DNA of 64,000 nt from a virus. The translations under genes were made by a program, and so were the position numbers. The stretch lies in the IMG/VR virus record IMGVR_UViG_3300025168_009799, positions 1 through 64,000 of that record; one strand, written 5' to 3'. Below, piece after piece: positions 7,247-17,041 of the stretch (position 1 is the stretch's first letter; each line of letters opens with the position of its first letter). The notes beneath the pieces were generated by a model, which was given only the letters and a program-made list of their open reading frames with translations, did no database searches and had not been told where the DNA came from.

Positions 7247-7361
7247 ATTTTTACATTATATAGGGTTTCACAATAAAGATTGTAGAAGAAGGGATTTTAC
7301 AACAAAAAATAAGTATATTTGTCTTCGAACAGGTAACTTACATAAAAAATTTACATTATGA
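7221..7361 (+). CDS. Small basic protein (46 aa; not in ORF track)
   Basis: MKKLLKTFKFLHYIGFHNKDCRRRDFTTKNKYICLRTGNLHKKFTL; ATGA overlap with the next gene; H..C..C..H pattern. Confidence 0.55.
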   Translation: MKKLLKTFKFLHYIGFHNKDCRRRDFTTKNKYICLRTGNLHKKFTL

Positions 7362-7564
7362 GTTTAAGATTAGTATTAAAAAAACAAGGAACTGTAAGAG
7401 GACGTAGATGGATTATTAAAAGAGATAATAATGATAATATTATAGAGGTTAAGTGTATCTTTAAACCTGAAGAATATGTAAAACAAAAACGAGCTAAACC
7501 TATGCTTGGTGATAGACAATTCATCATAGAGTTAGATAAAGAATATGAAAAAGAAAATAAATGA
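7358..7564 (+). CDS. Hypothetical protein
   Basis: 68 aa; translationally coupled at both ends. Confidence 0.65.
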   Translation: MSLRLVLKKQGTVRGRRWIIKRDNNDNIIEVKCIFKPEEYVKQKRAKPMLGDRQFIIELDKEYEKENK

Positions 7565-8085
7565 CTGAGTTATTAAGTATAGCAGATTATAAAGCGGTAC
7601 CTTCTCCATACGCTCTTTCTATAGAAGAGTTTAGTGTTATTGCAAGTAGAAAAGTAGGTATGAAAGAATTAGCGTATGTTTATTATATGTGTAATCATAA
7701 TTCTCCCTTTTATGTTTATGATCACGCAGAAAGACATACACAAGTTAAAGATGCTTTGTTTAAAGATGTAAAGTGGAGTCCAGACCCAAAACTTAAAGGA
7801 TGTATGGATCTGTATAATAGGTTAACGGAAACCTCAGCAGTTAAGTTACTAAAAGCTGCAAAAACATCAATAGCAAAATTAGAAAAATATTTAAGGGTTA
7901 TTGATTTAACCTCATTAGATGATAATGGTAAACCTATCTACACAGCAAAAGATCTTATTTATAATTTAGAAAAGATGGGAAAAGTTGTAGAAGGATTATC
8001 TAAACTAGAAGAACTAGTTAGAAGAGAAGAAAAAGTAGGCAATAAAAACCGAGGAGGAGTAGAAGTAAATAAATATAGTATGTAA
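7561..8085 (+). CDS. Conserved crAss-like protein, putative terminase small subunit
   Basis: 174 aa helical protein just upstream of terL; assignment is positional. Confidence 0.55.
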   Translation: MTELLSIADYKAVPSPYALSIEEFSVIASRKVGMKELAYVYYMCNHNSPFYVYDHAERHTQVKDALFKDVKWSPDPKLKGCMDLYNRLTETSAVKLLKAAKTSIAKLEKYLRVIDLTSLDDNGKPIYTAKDLIYNLEKMGKVVEGLSKLEELVRREEKVGNKNRGGVEVNKYSM

Positions 8086-8086
8086 T

Positions 8087-8347
8087 ATGGATTTTTTAGA
8101 AGATTTAGAACTTTATAACCAAGCTATGGAGAATGCATATTTAGTTATTACTAATAAACTTGATGTAGATGAGATATTAGTAGATCTAAATAATGATGAT
8201 CTAGAAGAGTTTTCATTACCTTTTAATCCGTTCTTACACGATGATATCTCTAATGAAGAGATTGATGAAGTGATAGAACACTTTACAGGATTAGAAGAGT
8301 ATGAAAAATGTGCAGAATTGGTAAAATGTAAAGTAGAGTATGTTTAG
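8087..8347 (+). CDS. Acidic protein with UvrB/UvrC-like motif
   Basis: C-terminal FTGLEEYEKCAELVK. Confidence 0.6.
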   Translation: MDFLEDLELYNQAMENAYLVITNKLDVDEILVDLNNDDLEEFSLPFNPFLHDDISNEEIDEVIEHFTGLEEYEKCAELVKCKVEYV

Positions 8348-10304
8348 GGACATCAATCGTATTAGGCCATCAGCTGTAAGATTCTTAGAGCATGGTTATT
8401 ACACTGAGGCCATTCCTGGAACAAAAGAGTATTTTGACTTTTGGGACGAAGAACGGAAGAGATGTTTATATGGCTATACTATAGATGAACTTCATGTTAC
8501 GGGATTTCATTATTTTTATTTAAACTATTGTCCTATTGATAGAGCTGTAGACGAAGAGCTTCCAGACGGTTCTGTACAATCTAATCGTGAGCGTACATTT
8601 CCTGCTTTTTATGATGGGGATTGGGAATACTTCCAAGAAGTAGATAAAGCTAGGTCAGAGAATAGACATATGATTGTATTGAAAGCTAGACGTAAAGGGT
8701 ATTCTTATAAAGCAGGCTCTATGATCGCTAGAAATTATTTCTTTGTAAAGAACTCTAAAAACTTTGTATTTGCTGCACAAAAAGAATATTTAATTGGGGA
8801 TGGTTTACTTTCTAAAGCCTGGGATTTTTTATCTTTTATAGATGATAATACAGCATGGGCACAACCTAGATTAAGAGATAGAGAAATGAGTAAGATGTCT
8901 GGATATAAAAAGAAAATAAATGGTATTGAAATAGAGATGGGTATGAAGTCTCAAATAATGGGAGTTTCATTAAAAGATGCACCCGACAAGGTAAGGGGAA
9001 AAGCGGGAGAACTAGTTTTCTTTGAGGAAGCAGGTTCTTTCCCTGGCCTCCTGAAAGCGTGGGAGGTGACTATGCCTACCATGCGTCAGGGTAGCAAAAC
9101 ACTGGGACTGATGGTAGCGTTCGGAACGGGCGGTACGGAAGGAGCAGATTTTGAGGCCATGGAGGAGATATTTTATAATCCTGCAGCTTATGATTGTATG
9201 GCTTATGATAATATATGGGATGAAGGAGCATTAGGTACTCAGTGTGGATATTTTATTCCTATACAAAAAAACTTAGATGGATTTATAGATGAACAAGGTA
9301 ATTCTCAAGAAAAAATTGCTATAGAGTATGAGAAAGAAATGAGGGAAAAGAAAAAGGGTGCAGCCGATGCCAAATCACTAGACCAATACATTGCAGAGCA
9401 CCCTTATTCCCCTCAAGAGGCTACATTACAAGTGACGTCTAATTTATTTGATGTAGCATCTTTACAAGAACAATATAATCTAATAAAAGTTAAAGGATTA
9501 AATATTGTAGGTACTCCTGGACGCATGTATCAAGATACAGAGGGTAAACCAAATTTCAAACCTGATTATAGTAAAAAACCGGTTGATAGATACCCACATA
9601 GAAAAGAAAATGATAATAGTGGATGTGTTATTATTTACCAATCACCTTATAAGAATGTTGAAGAAGTTACACCTCATAATTTATATATAATTTGTCATGA
9701 CCCTTACGGACAAAATCAATCTGCAGATTCTACATCATTAGGCGCAGCTTATGTAATAAAAAGACCTAATAATTTATCACAACCAGATGATATGATTGTA
9801 GCATCTTATGTAGGTAGACCTGAAACTTCTGACGAGTTTAATCGTAATCTGTATTTATTAGCTGATTATTATAATGCTAAAATAGGATTTGAGAATGATC
9901 GAGGTGAAGTTATTGCGTATGGAAAAAGGCACAGAAAACTTCATAGATTACAACAAGAATTCGAGATGTTAGACAAAAAAGAATTGCAGTCTAGGAACGT
10001 AAAAAGGCAATATGGCATGCATATGACGGAAGCTAGGAAGCTCCAAGGTGAGATATATATAAGGGATTGGCTTAATTCAGTACGTACTATAGACGAGAAT
10101 GGAAAAAAATTACTAAATTTGCATAAAATCTATGACTCTGCTTTAATACAAGAGTTGATTAAATTCAATCATAAAGGTAACTTTGATAGAGTTATGGCCT
10201 TTATGATTGGTATGTATCATACTCGAGAATTATATAACGCAGAAGTTCAAGATATATACAGCGATCGATCAACGGATGATTGGTTTGATAATAATTATTA
10301 TTAA
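8340..10304 (+). CDS. terL: Terminase large subunit
   Basis: Walker A KARRKGYS, Walker B VFFEEAG, FGTGG coupling motif, nuclease HDPY...FEN...GNFDRVMA. Confidence 0.95.
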   Translation: MFRDINRIRPSAVRFLEHGYYTEAIPGTKEYFDFWDEERKRCLYGYTIDELHVTGFHYFYLNYCPIDRAVDEELPDGSVQSNRERTFPAFYDGDWEYFQEVDKARSENRHMIVLKARRKGYSYKAGSMIARNYFFVKNSKNFVFAAQKEYLIGDGLLSKAWDFLSFIDDNTAWAQPRLRDREMSKMSGYKKKINGIEIEMGMKSQIMGVSLKDAPDKVRGKAGELVFFEEAGSFPGLLKAWEVTMPTMRQGSKTLGLMVAFGTGGTEGADFEAMEEIFYNPAAYDCMAYDNIWDEGALGTQCGYFIPIQKNLDGFIDEQGNSQEKIAIEYEKEMREKKKGAADAKSLDQYIAEHPYSPQEATLQVTSNLFDVASLQEQYNLIKVKGLNIVGTPGRMYQDTEGKPNFKPDYSKKPVDRYPHRKENDNSGCVIIYQSPYKNVEEVTPHNLYIICHDPYGQNQSADSTSLGAAYVIKRPNNLSQPDDMIVASYVGRPETSDEFNRNLYLLADYYNAKIGFENDRGEVIAYGKRHRKLHRLQQEFEMLDKKELQSRNVKRQYGMHMTEARKLQGEIYIRDWLNSVRTIDENGKKLLNLHKIYDSALIQELIKFNHKGNFDRVMAFMIGMYHTRELYNAEVQDIYSDRSTDDWFDNNYY

Positions 10305-10306
10305 AT

Positions 10307-12586
10307 ATGGCACAAAACGAAACTACTAGTAGAATACCACAACAAAGATTACCAGCCTCCAAGAAGACAAAGAAATGGAGAGAAGCTTGTGTAGAAGGGT
10401 ATATAGCATTATCAGATATTCATAGTGTAAATGGAGACTCAGATGTAGAAAGATTTTATAGATATTATAACGGCGATATAGATGACTCTGATTATAAACA
10501 TGTATTAAAACCTTACGGAAAAACAAGAAAAAATTTCCCTTCTGAAATACGAAATTTTCCTATTATTAAACCTATTATAGATTTATTATTAGGGGAAAAA
10601 TCTAAGAGACCTTTAAATTATACTGTGACTGTACAAAATGCAGATGCTGTATCTATGAAGGAAGAAGCTAAAATGGAAGCTTTATATACAAACTTACAAC
10701 AACGTTTTATACAAGATGTAGGAGATGAGGCTATGTCAGAAGGTATACCTCCAGAAGAATTAGAACTGCCTGAGAATTTAATGAAAAAATTTGAAGATAG
10801 TTATGTAGATAATAGGGCTATAATGGGAGAGAAGGCAATGAACTATCTATTTCAAAAATGTGAAATGTATGATAATTTTCAAAAAGCTTGGTATCACTTC
10901 TTAGTAGCAGGAGAGTGTTATTCTCATAGAGGAGTAAGAAATGGGGAACCATTTTATGAAGTATTAAATCCTATGGATGTTGATTATGATAAAGACCCAG
11001 ATGTAGAATTTGTAGAAGATGGAGATTGGGCATTAGTTAAAAAAGCAATGCATGTCTCTTCAGTTATAGATCACTTTGGTACTCATTTAACAGATGATCA
11101 AATATTAAATCTAGAAGATCCTACAGGAACAAATGTTGATATTGCATTTTCATCTATATCTGATGGTAAAATAAATAAAAACGCATTGATTGAAGTAGTA
11201 ACTGTTTATTGGAAATCAAGAAAAAGAATTGGATTTATGCAATATGTAGATCCAGCTACAAACTCACTTGAAGAAATGACTGTAGAAGATGGATATCAAG
11301 TTACTCCTGAAATGAAAGAACAAGGAGCTAGAATTAAATGGGAATGGATTAATGAAGTATGGGAAGGTACAAGAATAGATGACAAACATTATGTAAATAT
11401 ACATCCCGTAGTAAATCAAAGAACATCAATTGATCATCCTTCAATATGTAAACTTCCAATTAATGGTAGAGTTTATTCAACAAATCCTTCTAGTAATATG
11501 TCTATTGTAGGTATAGGTGTGCCATATCAACTTACATATAATATTTATAAGTATAGATTAGAACTTGCAATAGCTAGAAGTAAAGATATTATTGCTCAGT
11601 TTGATATTAATATGATCCCTAAAAAATGGGATATGGATAAATTTATGTATTATGTCGAAGGTACAGGTATTGCTTGGGTAGATTATAATAAAGAAGGAAT
11701 ACAATTAAATCCACAACATCAATCTGTTATGGACATGTCTATTAAAACTATTCAACAATATATTACTTTATTAGAAAGTATAGTAATAGAATGGGAAAGA
11801 GTATCAGGAGTAAATAGACAACGTCAAGGACAAGTAGGCGCGTATGAAGGAAAGGCTACTTCACAACAAGCTATTATGCAATCGTCACATATAACTGAAG
11901 ATTTATTTAGACGATTTGCAAGATTTGAACAAAGAGATATGCAAGCTTTATTAGATTATTCAAAAGAGGCTTGGTTAACTGGAAAGAAAACTACATATGT
12001 TATGCCCGATGGTACAACAGAATTTTTAAATGTAGATAGTATGAGTCATATGGAATCTGAATATGGTATTTTTGTATCAGACTCTGGAAGAGATCAAGAT
12101 AAATTAGAGCAAATTAGACAACTTGGATTAAGTATGATCCAAAATGGTATGCCAATGTCAACAGTTGTAGATGTAATGGAATCTGAATCATTTATAGGAA
12201 TTAAATCTAAAATGAAATCAGCTGAAAAAGCTCAACAAGAATTACAAGAAGCTCAACAACAACAAGCAATGCAAGAGAAACAAATGGCTATTCAAAGTGC
12301 TGAACAAATTGCTCAAGCTCAAATTGAGAATGAGAATTTAAATAATGAGAAGGATCGCCAAACTAAAATTGATGTTGCTTTAATTAATGCAGGATCTAGA
12401 GCAGATGGAGATGTAGTGAAGCATGCTACTCAAGAAGGGAAAGATAGAAAAGATCAGGAATTAAGAGAAAGAGAGATAGAATTAAAAGAAAGAGGACAGA
12501 GAGAATCAGAACGAGCAAATATCTCTAAAGAAAATATAACTAAAGAAAAGAATAAGAACGATGCCAAAAAACAAAACGACAAATAA
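10307..12586 (+). CDS. Portal protein (crAss-type)
   Basis: 759 aa after terL; RNFPIIKPIIDLLLGE, WINEVWEG, KLPING, SGVNRQRQG, C-terminal coiled coil. Confidence 0.92.
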   Translation: MAQNETTSRIPQQRLPASKKTKKWREACVEGYIALSDIHSVNGDSDVERFYRYYNGDIDDSDYKHVLKPYGKTRKNFPSEIRNFPIIKPIIDLLLGEKSKRPLNYTVTVQNADAVSMKEEAKMEALYTNLQQRFIQDVGDEAMSEGIPPEELELPENLMKKFEDSYVDNRAIMGEKAMNYLFQKCEMYDNFQKAWYHFLVAGECYSHRGVRNGEPFYEVLNPMDVDYDKDPDVEFVEDGDWALVKKAMHVSSVIDHFGTHLTDDQILNLEDPTGTNVDIAFSSISDGKINKNALIEVVTVYWKSRKRIGFMQYVDPATNSLEEMTVEDGYQVTPEMKEQGARIKWEWINEVWEGTRIDDKHYVNIHPVVNQRTSIDHPSICKLPINGRVYSTNPSSNMSIVGIGVPYQLTYNIYKYRLELAIARSKDIIAQFDINMIPKKWDMDKFMYYVEGTGIAWVDYNKEGIQLNPQHQSVMDMSIKTIQQYITLLESIVIEWERVSGVNRQRQGQVGAYEGKATSQQAIMQSSHITEDLFRRFARFEQRDMQALLDYSKEAWLTGKKTTYVMPDGTTEFLNVDSMSHMESEYGIFVSDSGRDQDKLEQIRQLGLSMIQNGMPMSTVVDVMESESFIGIKSKMKSAEKAQQELQEAQQQQAMQEKQMAIQSAEQIAQAQIENENLNNEKDRQTKIDVALINAGSRADGDVVKHATQEGKDRKDQELREREIELKERGQRESERANISKENITKEKNKNDAKKQNDK

Positions 12587-14198
12587 TTTAGACAACCTTT
12601 CTTTTAATCAAGCTTTTAGCCAGAGTAGAAATGCTCTTGGTGCTGGTAAAGTTTTTAAATGGAAAGGTAGAAGATTTACAACTAATTATAAAGAGGAAGA
12701 AAATAGAGCTAAAACTGTACAAGATGAAGTAGTTAAAGCTTCTAATGAAAAATCTGAAATTGAGAGTCCTGACCAGAGACAAAAAGTTAATACTGCATTA
12801 GATTTACAGGAGCAGATTGTTAATACTGACGATAAAACATCTAGTATTACAAGAAGTAATGACATTACTACTCAAGTTAAGGACGCTCAAGATGACCCGC
12901 AGACTTCTTTTTTTAAAGGACAAGAAGGTCTTATTCCAGATGAGGTTGAAAATTTCTTTAAAAAAACTACAGGTATCGGTCAAGACTTAATTAATAAAGC
13001 TGGAGAATTAATTAATTTTGATAATGATTTAATTAGCCAAACGGTTGAAAGTGGTAAAAAAGGATATAATAAAGCAAAAAATATTTTAACAGAAGTTGCT
13101 GATGATTTACACGATGTAGCAGATGATACTATAGAAGCTCAAAAAATTAGAGCAAGAAATATTAAAAATAAAGTAACTGACTTAACAGAAACTGTACAAG
13201 AGTCAGCAGAGAGTGAGTTAAATAAATTTAAGAATAAACTTAATGATGGTTTTTTAAATGAAACTTTATTACCATTTATTCAAAAAAATATTCCTTGGGG
13301 AGATGTAGATGAGAATACTAGAAAAGTTATTGAAGATCCTAATTCTACAACAGAAACCTTAACTGATAACGATAAGACAAATTTATATGATATATTTACA
13401 AATAAAGTGTTGCCTCAAGTTACTAAGATGAGTGATGATGTTCAAAATTATGTAGGTGATATGGTAGAAAACGTTAAAGATAAAATTCCAAATTCCAGCA
13501 GAGAATTTTTAAATGACGATCTATATCCATTTGTTAGAGATAAAATGTTTAGAGGTTTACCACGTCCTATTCGTCAAATGCTAGTTCAAAGAGCTAATGT
13601 TAGTAATGAAGGTATGACAGATGATGAGAAGTTAGGATTATACATGGCATATAAAGAAGCAGTAAAAAGAGGAGATAATATGGTTAAGTATAAAGATTAT
13701 GGTAGTGATAGAGATTTATGGGAACAATTTCAAGGAGGGGAAGAATCTATAATAGATGCTGGTAAACATTATTTTGCTTCGTCTGATGTAGATAAAGGTG
13801 CTTATAATATGATGATGACTATTGGTGGAGAACATTTTAGAGAAGAAGATGGTAATGTTATATTTGATCAAGGCTATTATGACTTTAATAAACCTGGCGG
13901 CCCATATGATCCTGATAAAGAATTAAGTTCTTATGGTAAATTAAGAAATTATATGAGTGAAGTAGGCGTTACAGAAGACGATCCTAACAGAGCTAACATT
14001 AATATCTCATTAAATCAACAAGAAATGGAAGATCAATTAGCGCAGCATAATCAATCTAAAGCACAAGCACATGATAATGCTCCTTTTATATATCAAAATA
14101 TTCCTCAAAATATAATACCTTTGTTAACAAAAGGACGACAATTTATGGGAATGAGAAACGGAGGACCAAGAAGAAAATTTCCAACTAAAAATATATAG
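12561..14198 (+). CDS. Hypothetical virion/cargo-like protein
   Basis: 545 aa, no Cys; N-terminal SFNQAFSQSR...GKVFKWKGRRFTT module; C-terminal MRNGG. Confidence 0.7.
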   Translation: MPKNKTTNNLDNLSFNQAFSQSRNALGAGKVFKWKGRRFTTNYKEEENRAKTVQDEVVKASNEKSEIESPDQRQKVNTALDLQEQIVNTDDKTSSITRSNDITTQVKDAQDDPQTSFFKGQEGLIPDEVENFFKKTTGIGQDLINKAGELINFDNDLISQTVESGKKGYNKAKNILTEVADDLHDVADDTIEAQKIRARNIKNKVTDLTETVQESAESELNKFKNKLNDGFLNETLLPFIQKNIPWGDVDENTRKVIEDPNSTTETLTDNDKTNLYDIFTNKVLPQVTKMSDDVQNYVGDMVENVKDKIPNSSREFLNDDLYPFVRDKMFRGLPRPIRQMLVQRANVSNEGMTDDEKLGLYMAYKEAVKRGDNMVKYKDYGSDRDLWEQFQGGEESIIDAGKHYFASSDVDKGAYNMMMTIGGEHFREEDGNVIFDQGYYDFNKPGGPYDPDKELSSYGKLRNYMSEVGVTEDDPNRANINISLNQQEMEDQLAQHNQSKAQAHDNAPFIYQNIPQNIIPLLTKGRQFMGMRNGGPRRKFPTKNI

Positions 14199-15817
14199 TG
14201 AGGAATAAAAAATCATATAAACAACCAGTTGTTATTCGTGAACAGGCCACTTTAGATTTGCCAGATTTTACGAATTTAACAAATTCTTATAAATTTAAAA
14301 ATGGAGGAGTCAAACAATATAATCTTGGAGGGGCTGATGAGAATGAAGGTACTGGAACTGATCCAACATCAATTGATCAGCAGTGGGCTGATTTTCTAGA
14401 TAACAATCCAGATTACGTTATGGGAGGTGGAGGTAAATTTGTATTAGGTGCTAGTGGACAATGGATAAAGAATCCAACTTTTGTAAGAGATATTCCTATT
14501 AGAATAGATCCAGATACTGGTAAGCAGATAGATTATGATATAGATGCTTATATTGCAGAACAAGATGAGACATTACAGAATCAATTAAAAGAAATAAATT
14601 CTCATGATGCGTTTTGGAGATCAGAACAAAGAAGAATGCTAGCTGCTTCAAAAGGCCATCCTACAAGTCCAGGGTGGAATCCAGGATTGAGAGTAGGTCC
14701 GTATCAGGTTACTCAAGGAATGGAGCAAGACAGATTAAATTCTATGCCTACTTTTCACCCCCAATATGATGCAGGAAAGACTGAAAGTTATAATCAATAT
14801 TATTCAGATTTATTAGATAAAAAAGACAAGCAACAAGCAATAGGTCGTAAATCTATGGCTGAATCATCTACATTTGCAAGTAATCTAATTAAGAGTATTA
14901 TAGATCCTTTTTGGAATGCACCAGCAAGACTCGTTACTTATGGACTAAATGAAGCGTTTGGAGATGGTACACAAACAGTTGACTGGAGATCACCAATGTT
15001 TAGAAACAACAGTTATGATGAGCATGGAAATATGATAGATAAAAATCCAAGTACAGCTCAAGTTATTCCGGGATACGAAAATAGAAATAGCTTTGCAAAC
15101 TTTCTATTAAATGCAGCATCAGATCCTTTGTCATTTTTAGGAGGACGTGGGGTTTATAAAAATCTACCGAAAGCATTTCAAACAACTATTAAAAACGCTC
15201 CTAGAACTTTAACAACGAAAACGTATAACCTGGGTAAGAATACTCTAAAAAGTAATAAAGATGGGTTTGTTAAAGGCACAAATCAGATATTGAATAGACA
15301 GCAAGCGAAAGGATCTTATTTTAATCCTTGGTCTCGTACTGCTGCAGGGCTTGGAAATACAGCGTATTATGGTGCTAAAACATCAGCTGTGCCATCGGCT
15401 TTTATATCAACTGCAGATTTTATAAATCGAGGAATGTTCAGTAAAGATGGAGTAACTGGAGATGATGCTTTAAATACTACATTTGATGTACTAGACGCAG
15501 GAATGCCATTTAGTAGTAGTATACGAGATATGTGGAAAGGATCTGTAAGAGATTATCAATCAGGTTCATTATTATCATCTGAGGCTACTCCCTATTATAT
15601 AAGTGGTCTAACAAAACATAGACTTATTAACCCTCTGGCTAAAGGATATAGAACTGTTTCTGGTTATCTAGGAAATCCATTTGCGGATGACGGAAGTATA
15701 CGATACTATAATGGTTCAGAAGACGAAGAATTCGAGATACCAGCTGATAATACACTTATAAATGGTACGGATGGAGGTGAAATACCTCTATCTAACACAC
15801 AAATACCTACCCTCTAA
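14198..15817 (+). CDS. Hypothetical virion/cargo-like protein
   Basis: 539 aa, GTG start, no Cys; FKNGG and YNLGG motifs; AASDPLSFLGG segment. Confidence 0.7.
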   Translation: MRNKKSYKQPVVIREQATLDLPDFTNLTNSYKFKNGGVKQYNLGGADENEGTGTDPTSIDQQWADFLDNNPDYVMGGGGKFVLGASGQWIKNPTFVRDIPIRIDPDTGKQIDYDIDAYIAEQDETLQNQLKEINSHDAFWRSEQRRMLAASKGHPTSPGWNPGLRVGPYQVTQGMEQDRLNSMPTFHPQYDAGKTESYNQYYSDLLDKKDKQQAIGRKSMAESSTFASNLIKSIIDPFWNAPARLVTYGLNEAFGDGTQTVDWRSPMFRNNSYDEHGNMIDKNPSTAQVIPGYENRNSFANFLLNAASDPLSFLGGRGVYKNLPKAFQTTIKNAPRTLTTKTYNLGKNTLKSNKDGFVKGTNQILNRQQAKGSYFNPWSRTAAGLGNTAYYGAKTSAVPSAFISTADFINRGMFSKDGVTGDDALNTTFDVLDAGMPFSSSIRDMWKGSVRDYQSGSLLSSEATPYYISGLTKHRLINPLAKGYRTVSGYLGNPFADDGSIRYYNGSEDEEFEIPADNTLINGTDGGEIPLSNTQIPTL

Positions 15818-15880
15818 GTGTTATATAATAAAGGAAATATAAAAATAGAAACTAAACATAAAACTAACTAAATAATTAAT

Positions 15881-15888
15881 TAAATTTG
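15881..15888 (+). promoter_or_regulatory. Possible -7 element (TAAATTTG) before the scaffold/capsid operon
   Basis: TAnnTTTG 5 nt before the ATG in an A-rich gap; no clear -33 element. Confidence 0.45.
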
Positions 15889-15893
15889 CAACT

Positions 15894-17006
15894 ATGGAAA
15901 ACCCAAATGAGAAACTAAATTTAGACGATATCACCTTTGATGATTTTATTGGTGAAGGCGTCAACGTAACTCCTGAAGAACAGGAAATTAAAGAAGAGCC
16001 TAAAGATGAACTTCAAGAAGTAGAAAAAGAAGACACTTTAGAAGAGATAATACCAGAATCTAAATTAAAAGATAATGATTTAGATGAGGACGCTAAACTG
16101 AAAGAAGATGGGGTAGAAGAATCTACTACAGATGTTATTAATGAAGATACTGAAGTATCAGATGATGGTACAGTTGTTGAAGAAGTTTTATCAAAACTTG
16201 GATACGAATTTGATCAAAACTTTGAAGACACACCTGAAGGATTAACAAAAATGACACAAGCTGTATCAGAAAAAATGGCTGAAGATAAAATGAATGAAAT
16301 GTTTGAATCATTTCCTTTAATTAAACAACATTTAGAATATGTATTAAGTGGAGGAGACTCTCAACAATTTATGACAGCATATTCTCCAACACAAGATTAT
16401 GGTAAATTAATCTTAAATGAAAAAGATGTTGCAATGCAGAAAGCTGTATTAGTAGAATACTTTAGACAAAAAGGACATGAAGATACTTTTATCTCTGAAA
16501 TTTTAAGTGATTATAACGACGGTGAAAAACTATATGGTAAAGCTAAACAAGCTAAAGAAGCTTTATCTAAACTACAAAATACGGAACGTAGTCAAATGCT
16601 GGAAGAACAAAAGAAAGTTCAAGAAGAACAAATGCAAGAACAAAAACAAATGTGGGATGAGGTTTATACTAAAGTTGATACCGCAGAAAAATTTGCAGGC
16701 CTTGATGTTCCAAGCAGAGAAAAGAAAAAATTCTTTAAGTATATATCTAACCCTGTATCAAAGGAAGGATATACACAAAGAGATCTAGATCATATGAATG
16801 CAGATATGGATGTTAAATTAGCTATAGACTGGATGATGTATAATGGTTTTGATCTTAGTAAAGTAATAGATAAAAAAGCAAAGACTAAAAGTGTACAAAC
16901 TTTGAAAAATAGAATTAAAAATCATGAAGATAAAGTTAAATCTACAAGAAGTAGAGCATCTTCAAGTCGAAGCTTCGATATAGACTCTTTGGATCTGAGT
17001 CTTTAA
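15894..17006 (+). CDS. Putative capsid scaffolding protein
   Basis: 370 aa; very acidic N-terminus and coiled coil; immediately upstream of the major capsid gene. Confidence 0.75.
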   Translation: MENPNEKLNLDDITFDDFIGEGVNVTPEEQEIKEEPKDELQEVEKEDTLEEIIPESKLKDNDLDEDAKLKEDGVEESTTDVINEDTEVSDDGTVVEEVLSKLGYEFDQNFEDTPEGLTKMTQAVSEKMAEDKMNEMFESFPLIKQHLEYVLSGGDSQQFMTAYSPTQDYGKLILNEKDVAMQKAVLVEYFRQKGHEDTFISEILSDYNDGEKLYGKAKQAKEALSKLQNTERSQMLEEQKKVQEEQMQEQKQMWDEVYTKVDTAEKFAGLDVPSREKKKFFKYISNPVSKEGYTQRDLDHMNADMDVKLAIDWMMYNGFDLSKVIDKKAKTKSVQTLKNRIKNHEDKVKSTRSRASSSRSFDIDSLDLSL

Positions 17007-17041
17007 TAAAGGATCCACTAACTTTTTAAAATAAATAAATT

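Noticed and set aside
7314-7321. Internal TAnnTTTG promoters (TATATTTG at 7314; TAAATTTG at 47478)
   Set aside because: They lie inside coding sequence, lack a clear -33 element, and such 8-mers are frequent by chance in AT-rich DNA
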